Source: Vitreoscilla sp. (lineage in GTDB: Bacteria > Pseudomonadota > Gammaproteobacteria > Burkholderiales > Burkholderiaceae_C). From it: 43,467 bases of DNA. A model generated the notes under the pieces. It saw only the letters and a program-made list of their open reading frames with translations, made no database searches and was not told the DNA's origin. The translations under genes were made by a program, and so were the position numbers. The stretch lies in NCBI GenBank assembly GCA_045810265.1, contig JBJMWF010000316.1:1-43467 (forward strand), given 5' to 3'. Positions 19,097-28,714 of the stretch are shown one piece after another (the first letter of the stretch is position 1; every line of letters starts with the position of its first letter).

Positions 19097-19636
19097 ATGG
19101 GGTCGACGAACTCAATCGCCAGCCGCCTTCGATGGGGCCTGGCGTCGCTCCTGATGCTGGCCTCGTCGATGGCCGAGGCGATCGACCGCGATCAGCTCGA
19201 GGCCGCGGTGGTCTACAACATCCTTCAATTCGTGGAATGGCCCGGCGAGGAGGCGCTGCAGCCTGGCTCGCCGCTGACGCTCTGCATGGATCCGGACAGT
19301 CCAGGCTACACGTCCATGCATCAACTGAGCGGCCGCGGGCTGCGCAGGATGCAGTTCGTCGTCGAACCGCTGGTGCCGCAGACGCGCCGCTGCAATGTCG
19401 CGTTCGTCGACTCGGCCCGCAGCCAGCGCTCGGTGTCGACACGCCAGGGCGCCGGCACGGACGGGGCCTTGCTGGTCGTCGCGGGCAGCCATTTCCAGCC
19501 CACCGAAGCGCCCATCATTCAATTGAGCGAAGCAGGCGGAAAGCTTGCATTCGATGTCTCTGCGGACAAGGCCAGGGCACAGGGCCTGGTGGTCAGCTCG
19601 CGCTTGCTGCGGCTGGCAAGAAAGGTGTCGGAATGA
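19097..19636 (+). CDS. YfiR/HmsC family periplasmic protein
   Basis: Signal peptide, LEAAVVYNILQFVEWP, Cys pair (LCMD...RRCNVAF), KLAFDVS...GLVVSSRLLRLA. Confidence 0.88.
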   Translation: MGSTNSIASRLRWGLASLLMLASSMAEAIDRDQLEAAVVYNILQFVEWPGEEALQPGSPLTLCMDPDSPGYTSMHQLSGRGLRRMQFVVEPLVPQTRRCNVAFVDSARSQRSVSTRQGAGTDGALLVVAGSHFQPTEAPIIQLSEAGGKLAFDVSADKARAQGLVVSSRLLRLARKVSE

Positions 19637-21555
19637 CGTCGAGGAACCGAAGCTTGCAGCGCACGCTGCCTCAACCGAACTTTGCACGCGCCAGCAACCT
19701 GGCCGGGCGCCTCATGCGCGCGGCGCTGGACTCGACGGCCCTGTCGCTGCTGGTGGCCGGCGTGGCCGTCAATGTCATGGTCTATGCCTCGTCGCTGTCC
19801 GACCTGCGACGCGACGCGGCCGTGCAGGCGCGCATCGTTGCCGACAACAGTGCGGCCGCGCTGCTGTTCGGCGACGCGCGCGCCGCGAGCGAGACGCTCA
19901 GCTACCTGAGCAACTCGCCCCAGGTGCTCAAGGCACGCATCCTCGACGTCAACCACAAGGTCTTTGCCGAGTACGCCTCGAGCGAGCAGCAATCCGCGGT
20001 CGTCGACAGCCGCCGATCGCAGGAGGCCTTGCTGGTCGGGGCGCCCGTCGTCCAGAGCGGACAGACGATCGGCGAGGTCTCGATGTCGATGTCGCTGCAA
20101 CCGCTCCATCACCAGGCGGTGATGCTGGCCGCCACCACGGCGCTGGCCGCCTTGCTGGGCCTGACGGTGGCCTACCTGCGCGTGCGGCGCGTGCGGCGCG
20201 CCGTCCGGCGAACCGAAGCCGATCTGGACCAGCTGGCGTTCTTCGATCCCGTCACCGGCCGGTTCAACCGGCACGCGGCGATGGAATACATGGCCTCGGC
20301 GGTGGACGGCGAGGCGCCGGGCGGATTCGTCGTCGCGCTGCTGGATCTGGACGACTTCAAGCTGGTCAACGACAGCCTCGGACACATCGTGGGCGACGAG
20401 TTGCTGCGCGCCGTCGGAGAGCGGCTGCAAGCCGTCTGCGGCGACCTCGGCGGCGTGTTTCGCTTGGGCGGCGACGAGTTCGTCGTGATCTGGCCGGGCT
20501 CTGACGATGGACTCGCGATGTCCCGGCTGGGGCGCGCGATCATCGGCTGCATGTCCGAGCCGCTGTGCATCTCGGGGCAGGCCATGGTCGTGCGCGGCAG
20601 CGTGGGGCTGTCCAGCTTCCCCGAGCATGGAACTGCCGTCTCGTCGTTGCTCAAGGCCGCCGACACCGCGATGTACGCCGCGAAGGCCTCGGGCAAGAAC
20701 AGCTTCGAGCTCTACCGGGAGGCCATGACCCACAACGCCTCGGAACGCCTGCAACTGGGCATCGAGCTGGGCCAGGCACTGGAGCGCGACGAACTCGTGC
20801 TGCACTACCAGCCCATCGTCGAACTGCCGGCGGGCGCATTGATCGGCGTCGAAGCGCTGGTCCGATGGCGCCACCCCACGCGAGGGCTGCTGGCGGCCTT
20901 CGAGTTCATCGACGTCGCCGAAGGCTCCGGCCTGATCGTCGACCTCGGAGGCTGGGTGCTGCGTGCCGCGGCGAAGCAGCAGGCCGAATGGGCGCGCCAG
21001 GGGCTGGGGCACCTGTTCATCGCGGTCAATGCGTCGGCGCATCAATTCAAGCGCAACGTGCTCGTCGACCAGGTGCGCGCGGCGCTGGCCGAGCACGGTG
21101 CCGAGCCGAAGCGCTTGCAGATCGAGCTGACCGAGCACACGCTCATCGAGGACGTGGCCGCGAACGTGCAGACGCTGGCCTCGCTGCGCCTGATGGGCAT
21201 CAAGATCGCCATCGATGACTTCGGCACCGGCCTTTCATCGCTGGCCTACCTGAAGCGCCTGCCGATCGACAAGCTCAAGATCGACCGCAGCTTCGTCAAC
21301 GACATGACGGTCGGCAACGAGGACACGGCGATCGTGGCGGCCATCGTCTCGCTGGCACGCGCCCTCGGCCTGGAGGTCGTCGCCGAAGGCATCGAGACAT
21401 CCCGACAGCTCGAGTTGCTCAACGCCCTGGGCGTGCAGCATGGACAGGGCTACCTCTTTTGCAAGGCCGTCGCGGCCGAGGCCATCGGCCAGTTCGCCAC
21501 GGCTGAGGCGCGCTTCGCGGCGAGTCCGCCGTCGGCCTCGGAGATCGCCGGCTGA
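19633..21555 (+). CDS. Membrane-bound diguanylate cyclase/phosphodiesterase (CHASE8-like periplasmic domain, GGDEF, EAL)
   Basis: Two TM segments flanking IVADNSAAALLFGDARAASETL (YfiN-like periplasmic domain); DLDDFKLVNDSLGH, RLGGDEF; EALVRW, IDDFGTG, KIDRSFV, AEGIE, QGY. ATGA overlap with yfiR. Confidence 0.93.
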   Translation: MTSRNRSLQRTLPQPNFARASNLAGRLMRAALDSTALSLLVAGVAVNVMVYASSLSDLRRDAAVQARIVADNSAAALLFGDARAASETLSYLSNSPQVLKARILDVNHKVFAEYASSEQQSAVVDSRRSQEALLVGAPVVQSGQTIGEVSMSMSLQPLHHQAVMLAATTALAALLGLTVAYLRVRRVRRAVRRTEADLDQLAFFDPVTGRFNRHAAMEYMASAVDGEAPGGFVVALLDLDDFKLVNDSLGHIVGDELLRAVGERLQAVCGDLGGVFRLGGDEFVVIWPGSDDGLAMSRLGRAIIGCMSEPLCISGQAMVVRGSVGLSSFPEHGTAVSSLLKAADTAMYAAKASGKNSFELYREAMTHNASERLQLGIELGQALERDELVLHYQPIVELPAGALIGVEALVRWRHPTRGLLAAFEFIDVAEGSGLIVDLGGWVLRAAAKQQAEWARQGLGHLFIAVNASAHQFKRNVLVDQVRAALAEHGAEPKRLQIELTEHTLIEDVAANVQTLASLRLMGIKIAIDDFGTGLSSLAYLKRLPIDKLKIDRSFVNDMTVGNEDTAIVAAIVSLARALGLEVVAEGIETSRQLELLNALGVQHGQGYLFCKAVAAEAIGQFATAEARFAASPPSASEIAG

Positions 21556-21617
21556 AGGAGATGTTGCCGCGAGTCCCGCACTCAGGCGGCAGCCTTGCGA
21601 CCTGCCCCGCAGTGCCG

Positions 21618-21908
21618 TTAGCACATCGCCTTGCGGCGCTTCGCAGCCTCCATCGCTTCGGCGCTGAACACGAACGGCATCACCGAGCGGAGACCATCGG
21701 GGGTGGCCAAGGCCTGCTCGGCAATCTCCAGCTGGCGGATCGGCTTGCCGTCCGCCTTCTCGCGTTCGAGGTAGCGTTTCACACCGACGACCGCCTCGGC
21801 CAGCGCGGAAGGGGCGGTCGGCGGCGCGGCACCGGTGACGAGGGCGTCGTTCCACCCCCGGATGAGCTTGCAGGCCCGCAAGGCGTCTGCGGATATCGAG
21901 TCGAGCAT
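21618..21908 (-). CDS. Hypothetical protein (about 96 aa)
   Basis: Strong AAGGAG Shine-Dalgarno upstream of ATG 21908 and a natural-looking composition; no family recognised. Confidence 0.6.
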   Translation of the reverse strand: MLDSISADALRACKLIRGWNDALVTGAAPPTAPSALAEAVVGVKRYLEREKADGKPIRQLEIAEQALATPDGLRSVMPFVFSAEAMEAAKRRKAMC

Positions 21909-22237
21909 CGCGAACTCCTTTTGCTTTGTTCCCTCCACGTACCCGTTGGAGCAACGGGTGTGCTCGCGCCTCTCGACGGTGAGGCCGTATTTGAAAGCAC
22001 ATGTGGCCGGTGTCGGCGCAATCTGTCAGGCGGGGAGCAGGTTCGCTGACTCGAGGCGCTAGCAAGCGCTGTCATCCGGCGCGTAGGCGCGGACATGCGA
22101 GTGCGCACGGGGTTGACACTATCGCAGCCGCTGACCGACGCGTGTCTCAAAGGGGATGTCGGCGGCGGGGACGAGCTGTCCCCGCGATCCGCTCTGCGCA
22201 AGATCCGAGCGTGACAAGGACTTGCGGATGAAGAGGG

Positions 22238-22314
22238 TGGTGCGCCCGACACGGTTCGAACGTGCGACCCCTGCCTTCGGAGGGCAGTACTCTATCCAGC
22301 TGAGCTACGGGCAC
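22238..22314 (-). tRNA. tRNA-Arg(CCG)
   Basis: Reverse complement GTGCCCGTAGCTCAGCTGGATAGAGTACTGCCCTCCGAAGGCAGGGGTCGCACGTTCGAACCGTGTCGGGCGCACCA: 77 nt, acceptor stem, D arm, anticodon stem CTGCC/GGCAG with CCG, TTCGAAC T loop, encoded CCA. A -10 TAAACT lies at 22325-22330. Confidence 0.97.
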
Positions 22315-22668
22315 CCAAGTCGCCAGTTTAGCCGATCATGCGCAGGGCGCCGTCACGGGCGTCGGGTGGCCTGGCGCCGCGGCCGCCACTTGACCGCACG
22401 CTGCGCTGGAATTCGCGGTTTCCCGCAACGGGTTGAACCGGCAACCAGCGGACGGGAATGCACCGGCAGCAGTATCGGAACTCGCCAGGTAGCGGGCGTT
22501 CGAGGCGCCCGGCCCTGCCCAATTCGGGCCCCTGCAAGGTCTTGCGAAGCTGAACTACCATTCAAAGCAACTGAAGAGCGGCGTCAATCGCTCTCAACCG
22601 AAGCGTTCGGCAATGCCGGACACTGCCTCCACGATGCAAGCCGCATCACAACGCACCGACCGCCACCC

Positions 22669-23208
22669 ATGAACCTGCCCGCCACCCGTTATACCGGTAC
22701 CGCCATCGCGCTGCATTGGCTGATGGCGCTGGCGATCCTGGGCAACTTCTGCCTGGGGCTGTACATGTCGGACCTGCACATGTCGATGATGCGGCTGCGG
22801 CTGTTCAACTATCACAAGTGGACGGGCGCCACGATCCTGCTGCTGGCGGCGCTGCGCCTGCTGTGGCGCCTGACGCACCGCCCGCCGGCCGACCTGCCGG
22901 CGCCCAGGTGGCAGCATGGCGCGGCCTCGGTCACGCACTGGGCGCTGTACGCGTTGTTCTTCGCGGTGCCGCTGGTGGGCTGGGCCTACAGCTCGGCGGC
23001 CGGCTTTCCGCTGGTGGTGTTCGGCGTGCTGCCCTTGCCCGATTTCGTGCCCAAGGATCACGCACTGGCCGAGACGCTGAAGGATCTGCATGCCGACGTC
23101 GCCTGGGCGCTGGTCGTGCTCGTCGGGTTGCACGTGGCCGCGGTGGGCAAGCACATGGTCATCGATCGCGACGGCCTGCTGCGCCGCATGATGCCCGGCC
23201 GCGCCTGA
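22669..23208 (+). CDS. Cytochrome b561 (YceJ-like)
   Basis: RYTGTAIALHWLMA, YHKWTG, THWALY, LHADVAW, LHVAAVGKH heme-ligand His pattern. Start ATG 22669. Confidence 0.92.
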   Translation: MNLPATRYTGTAIALHWLMALAILGNFCLGLYMSDLHMSMMRLRLFNYHKWTGATILLLAALRLLWRLTHRPPADLPAPRWQHGAASVTHWALYALFFAVPLVGWAYSSAAGFPLVVFGVLPLPDFVPKDHALAETLKDLHADVAWALVVLVGLHVAAVGKHMVIDRDGLLRRMMPGRA

Positions 23209-23246
23209 GCCTTCACGCCAACCCCTCCACCCGAAAAGAAGCCACC

Positions 23247-23813
23247 ATGAACAAGATCCGCACCGCCTTCGTCCTTGCCGCCTCGCTGGTCCTCACTGGA
23301 GTCGCCTTCGCGCAGGCCAAGGTGGTTCCCGCGCAGAGCCAGATCACCTTCGCGATCAAGGAGATGGGCGTGCCCGTCGAAGGCCGCTTCGGCAAGTGGA
23401 CGGCCGACATCGCGTTCGACCCCAAGAAGCCCGAGACCGGCAAGGTCGCCTTCACGATCGTCACCGCCAGCGCGTCGTTCGGCGCGCCCGAGACCGACGC
23501 CGAGGTCCCCAAGACCGAATGGTTCAACGTCGCCAAGTTCCCCAACGCCACTTTCGCGTCGACGGCGATCAAGGCCAAGGGTGGCGGCAAGTTCGACGTC
23601 GCCGGCAAGCTGACGGTCAAGGGCATCACGAAGGACGTCGTGGTGCCGATCGCGCTGACGCAAGCCGGCCCGACCACCACCGCGACGGGCGCGTTCACGA
23701 TCAAGCGCAACGACTTCCACGTCGGCGAAGGCGAGTGGACGGACACCTCGCAGCTGGCCGACGACGTCGCGGTCAAGTTCAAGATCGCGCTGACCGGCGT
23801 CGCGCCCCTCTAA
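23247..23813 (+). CDS. YceI family polyisoprenoid-binding periplasmic protein (1)
   Basis: Signal peptide, SQITFAIKEMGVPVEGRF, WFNVAKFPNATF, GKLTVKGITKDV, TIKRNDFHVG. Confidence 0.92.
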   Translation: MNKIRTAFVLAASLVLTGVAFAQAKVVPAQSQITFAIKEMGVPVEGRFGKWTADIAFDPKKPETGKVAFTIVTASASFGAPETDAEVPKTEWFNVAKFPNATFASTAIKAKGGGKFDVAGKLTVKGITKDVVVPIALTQAGPTTTATGAFTIKRNDFHVGEGEWTDTSQLADDVAVKFKIALTGVAPL

Positions 23814-23909
23814 ACGATTTCTCAAGCCCCGGATGGGGCGGCAGCCGGCGGTGCGGACCAGCGCCGGAAGGCTTTTCCATTCCCTTTTCTGATCCGCTGG
23901 AGTTTTCAC

Positions 23910-24485
23910 ATGACCAAGTTCTCCCTGCTCGCCGTCGTCGCCGCCCTCGGCTTCACCGCGGTCGCCCACGCCGAATCGGCGACCTACGCCATCGACCCGA
24001 CCCACACCTTCGCCACCTGGGAGATCGGCCACTTCGGGACCTCGACCAACCGCGGCCGCTTCAACAAGACCGCCGGCACCGTGACGCTGGACAAGGCCGC
24101 CAAGACCGGCTCGCTGGACGTCACCATCGACACCACCTCCCTGGACACCGGCACCGCCGCGTTCACCAAGCACGTGTCCAGCGACGAAATGCTCAACGTC
24201 GCGGCTTTCCCGACGGCGCACTTCGTGGCCGACAAGTTCGTCTTCAACGGCGACAAGGTCAGCGAGATCTCCGGCAACCTGACGCTGCTGGGCAAGACCA
24301 ACCCGGTCGTGCTCAAGGCGCAGAACTTCAACTGCTACATGAACCCGATGGTCAAGCGCGAGGTTTGCGGCGGCGACTTCGATTCGACCATCGTGCGCAG
24401 CCAGTACGGCGTGTCCTGGGGCCTGAACTACGGCTTCCCGGACAACGTGCATCTCGTCATTCAAGTTGAAGCTGTCAAGCAATAA
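23910..24485 (+). CDS. YceI family protein (2)
   Basis: YAIDPTHTFATWEIGHFGTSTNRGRF, GNLTLLGKT, REVCGGDF, IVRSQYG, VIQVEA. Confidence 0.93.
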   Translation: MTKFSLLAVVAALGFTAVAHAESATYAIDPTHTFATWEIGHFGTSTNRGRFNKTAGTVTLDKAAKTGSLDVTIDTTSLDTGTAAFTKHVSSDEMLNVAAFPTAHFVADKFVFNGDKVSEISGNLTLLGKTNPVVLKAQNFNCYMNPMVKREVCGGDFDSTIVRSQYGVSWGLNYGFPDNVHLVIQVEAVKQ

Positions 24486-25083
24486 GCGGCGCCGCGCCGC
24501 GGCCGCCGCGGCGCTCGCTGTGCTGTGCGCCAGCTCGGGCATCCCGCCCGCGCTGGCGCAGTCCATGGCCGGTCCGATCACTTACCGGCTGGACACCAAC
24601 CACACCTTCGCCACCTTCGAGGTGCTGCACTTCGGCACGTCCACGCTGCGCGGGCGCATCGGCCCGATCTCCGGCGAGGTGACGATCGACCGCACCGCCA
24701 AGACCGGCGACCTGCGCCTGCGCATTCCGGTCACGACCGTGAGCACGGGCATGCGCGTGCTCGACGCACGCCTGAAGCAGCCCGACCTGCTGGCGACCAC
24801 CGAGTACCCCGAGGCGTATTTCGTCGCGACCCGGTTCCAGTTCGACGGCGCCGGCGGCGTCAAGGAAGTGCGCGGCGAGTTCACGCTGCGCGGGGTCAGC
24901 GAGCCGCTGTCCCTGGTGGCGCGCTCTTTCGCCTGCCGCCATGATGCGACGCTCGAGCGCGAGGTCTGCGGCGGCGACTTCGACGCCGATCTCAAGCGCA
25001 GCCGCTTCGGCGCCACGCTGGGCGAACCGTTCGTGAGCGACGACGTGCACCTGGTGATCCAGGTCGAGGCGATCGCCCCTTGA
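24466..25083 (+). CDS. YceI family protein (3); start codon uncertain
   Basis: YRLDTNHTFATFEVLHFGTST, GEFTLRGVS, REVCGGDF, VIQVEA. The signal-peptide-like stretch needs the TTG at 24466, which overlaps yceI-2 by 20 nt. Confidence 0.85.
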   Translation: MKLSSNKRRRAAAAAALAVLCASSGIPPALAQSMAGPITYRLDTNHTFATFEVLHFGTSTLRGRIGPISGEVTIDRTAKTGDLRLRIPVTTVSTGMRVLDARLKQPDLLATTEYPEAYFVATRFQFDGAGGVKEVRGEFTLRGVSEPLSLVARSFACRHDATLEREVCGGDFDADLKRSRFGATLGEPFVSDDVHLVIQVEAIAP

Positions 25084-25159
25084 GGGCTGGCCGCCGTCGC
25101 GCTGCCGGATAATCGCGTCTGCGCCGCTGTGGCGGCAGGCAATTCAAGAAGGCTCGGCG

Positions 25160-26287
25160 ATGACTCTCCCTGACGATTGGCGGCACGACCGCGAGATCGG
25201 CGTGCAACCCGGCACGACCCTGGACACCACGCGTGTCGACGACGTGCGCATCGGCGCCGTCCGCCCGCTCATCTCCCCGGCGCTGCTGCTGGACGACATG
25301 CCGGCCCCCGACAGCGCGGTGTCGCTGGTTGAGAAGGCGCGCGTGGACCTGGCCCGGGTGCTCGCCGGTGCCGACGACCGCCTGATCGTCGTGGTCGGCC
25401 CCTGCTCGATCCACGACCACGACCAGGCGCTGGAATACGCGCGCCACCTGAAGGTCGTGGCCGACGCGCTCCGGGATGATCTGGTCGTCGTGATGCGGGT
25501 CTACTTCGAGAAGCCGCGCACCACCGTCGGCTGGAAGGGCTACATCAACGATCCGCGCCTGGACGGCAGCTTCCGCATCAACGAAGGCCTGCGCAAGGCG
25601 CGCCAGCTGCTGCTGGACGTGGCCGAGATCGGCCTGCCGGCCGGCACCGAATTCCTCGACCTGCTGAGCCCGCAGTACATCGCCGACCTGGTGTCCTGGG
25701 GCGCGATCGGGGCGCGCACCACCGAGAGCCAGAGCCATCGCCAGCTGGCCTCCGGCCTGTCCTGCCCCGTCGGATTCAAGAACGGCACGGACGGCGGCAT
25801 CAAGGTGGCGGCCGACGCCATCCTGGCTGCCAATTCGTCGCACGCCTTCATGGGCATGACCAAGATGGGCCAGGCTGCCATCTTCGAAACGCGCGGCAAC
25901 GCCGACTGCCACGTGATCCTGCGCGGCGGCAAGAGCCCGAACTACAAGGCGGTCGACGTGACGGCCGCCTGCGGCGCGCTCGCCGAGCGTGGCTTGCGCG
26001 AGCAGGTGATGATCGACTTCTCGCACGCCAATTCCGAGAAGAAGCACATGCGCCAGATCGACGTCGGCGCCGACGTCGCCGCGCAGATCGCCGGCGGCGA
26101 CCGCCGCATCACCGGCGTGATGATCGAGAGCCACCTGGCCGACGGCCGCCAGGACCTCAAGCCCGGCGTGACGCCGGCCTGGGGCGTGTCCATCACCGAT
26201 GCCTGCATCAGCTGGGCCGATACCGAGCCATTGCTGGTGCGCCTGGCCAAGGCGGTGCGCGATCGGCGCGCCGGCGCGGCGTCGTGA
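25160..26287 (+). CDS. aroG: 3-deoxy-D-arabino-heptulosonate 7-phosphate synthase, class I-alpha
   Basis: VVGPCSIHD, MRVYFEKPRTTVGWKG, WGAIGARTTESQ, GFKNGTDG, DFSHANS, SITDAC. The isozyme (aroF/G/H) cannot be determined by eye. Confidence 0.95.
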   Translation: MTLPDDWRHDREIGVQPGTTLDTTRVDDVRIGAVRPLISPALLLDDMPAPDSAVSLVEKARVDLARVLAGADDRLIVVVGPCSIHDHDQALEYARHLKVVADALRDDLVVVMRVYFEKPRTTVGWKGYINDPRLDGSFRINEGLRKARQLLLDVAEIGLPAGTEFLDLLSPQYIADLVSWGAIGARTTESQSHRQLASGLSCPVGFKNGTDGGIKVAADAILAANSSHAFMGMTKMGQAAIFETRGNADCHVILRGGKSPNYKAVDVTAACGALAERGLREQVMIDFSHANSEKKHMRQIDVGADVAAQIAGGDRRITGVMIESHLADGRQDLKPGVTPAWGVSITDACISWADTEPLLVRLAKAVRDRRAGAAS

Positions 26288-26736
26288 TCGCCAGCGCGCT
26301 GGCCGGGGCGGCGCCAGGCCAGGCGCAGGGCGTGCGCTACGTCGGGTTCTGGGCCCGCGCGGCGGCCGGCCTGCTCGACCTGGTCGCGGTGATGTTCATC
26401 GTGACACCGGTCACCGTCTTCCTGTTCGGCGACGGCTGGACCGATGCGCGCGGCCTGGTCGGCTTTGTCGTCAACTGGGTGCCGCTGGGCGGAGCCATCA
26501 TCGCGTTCTGGGTCATGAAGGGCGCCACGCCCGGCAAGATGGCGATCTCGGCGGTCGTGGTCGATGCCAACACGCATGCGCCGGTCGACTTCTGGCAGGC
26601 ACTGACGCGCTACGTCGGCTACTTCGTCTCCACGCTGCCGCTGTTCGCGGGCCTGGGCTGGGTGGCGTTCGACGCGCGCAAGCAGGGCTGGCATGACAAG
26701 ATGGCGCGCACGGTGGTGATCTACCGCCCGCGCTGA
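26284..26736 (+). CDS. RDD family membrane protein
   Basis: YVGFWARAAAGLLD, GATPGK, FDARKQGWHDKMARTVV. Confidence 0.92.
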   Translation: MIASALAGAAPGQAQGVRYVGFWARAAAGLLDLVAVMFIVTPVTVFLFGDGWTDARGLVGFVVNWVPLGGAIIAFWVMKGATPGKMAISAVVVDANTHAPVDFWQALTRYVGYFVSTLPLFAGLGWVAFDARKQGWHDKMARTVVIYRPR

Positions 26737-26759
26737 AGTCGCCGGCTTTGCCGCCTCTC

Positions 26760-26845
26760 GTCATCCTGCGCGAAGTCGCAGGATCCACGCGCACTGGGCG
26801 GCGTCCTGGCGGGGGGGTGGATTCTGCGACTGCGCGCAGAATGAC
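26760..26845. repeat. REP-like doublet (two inverted 29-bp palindromic units)
   Basis: GTCATCCTGCGCGAAGTCGCAGGATCCAC (26760-26788) against the reverse complement of 26817-26845, GTCATTCTGCGCGCAGTCGCAGAATCCAC: 26/29 identical, and each unit is itself a hairpin. Confidence 0.8.
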
Positions 26846-26865
26846 CGTTTCGGGAGAGTGCAGGC

Positions 26866-27261
26866 ATGCAGCGAGTGACGGGTATCGGCGGAGTCTTCTT
26901 CAAGGCGCGCGACGCCGAGCTGCTGCGGGGCTGGTACAGGCGCCACCTGGGCCTGGACATCCAGGACTGGGGCGGCCTGGCCTTCCCGCCCGCGCCCACG
27001 CAACCGGCCAACAGCAAGTCGCCCCTGGCTTCGCACACCACCTGGTGCATCTTCCCGGGCGACAGCGACTACTTCGGCGGCACACGCGGCGCCCACTTCA
27101 TGGTGAACTACCGCGTCGCCGACCTCGACGCGCTGCTCGCGGTGCTCAAGCGCGAAGGCTGCGCCGTGGACGACAAGACCGAGGTGTCCGAGTACGGCAA
27201 GTTCGGCTGGGTCACCGATCCGGAAGGCAACCGCGTCGAGCTCTGGCAGCCGCCGGGATGA
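26866..27261 (+). CDS. VOC/glyoxalase family protein
   Basis: RVTGIGGVFFKA, FMVNYRVADLD, YGKFGWVTDPEGNRVELWQP. Confidence 0.92.
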   Translation: MQRVTGIGGVFFKARDAELLRGWYRRHLGLDIQDWGGLAFPPAPTQPANSKSPLASHTTWCIFPGDSDYFGGTRGAHFMVNYRVADLDALLAVLKREGCAVDDKTEVSEYGKFGWVTDPEGNRVELWQPPG

Positions 27262-27306
27262 GAAGCTGCGAACGACTCCGGCGCGTCCGAGCCGTTCGCA
27301 GCTTCT
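27261..27306. terminator. Hairpin between convergent VOC and pcaF genes (likely bidirectional terminator)
   Basis: Perfect 14-bp inverted repeat AGAAGCTGCGAACG (27261-27274) / CGTTCGCAGCTTCT (27293-27306) filling the gap between the two stop codons. Confidence 0.65.
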
Positions 27307-28509
<1,203 letters not shown>

Positions 28510-28714
28510 GGTGGGGGTCGTCTCGCTGGGTGCTGGTTGTTCGCAGAGAGAACATTTATTCGAAGAGTGACTCCCTGCAGCCGGGATTCTGCTCGTTTCG
28601 GGCGCTTCCGGTTTATGTGGGGATCTGTCCGCTCAAGTCGGACGGGCGAACAGCCGATTCCAGCTGAGCATAGAAACCGGACGCAAACGCTGCGTGCGGT
28701 AAGGACACATTCGA

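Noticed and set aside
14854-21138. Long minus-strand ORFs (739, 865 and 539 aa) over the kinase, receptor and GGDEF-EAL genes
   Set aside because: They overlap well-supported plus-strand genes and have no recognisable motifs; high-GC artefacts.
7500-22237. Integrase, transposase or duplicated tRNA 3' end (att site) for the putative island
   Set aside because: No recombinase motifs were recognised in any ORF and no second copy of the tRNA 3' end was found, so no mobile_element feature was called.
22156-22668. N-terminal extension of the cytochrome b561 ORF running across the tRNA
   Set aside because: It overlaps the tRNA-Arg gene; similarity to cytochrome b561 starts at ATG 22669.
23855-23905. 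Possible hairpin (CCAGCG...CGCTGG) hiding the yceI-2 RBS
   Set aside because: Short, imperfect GC-rich pairing that is expected by chance; no other support.
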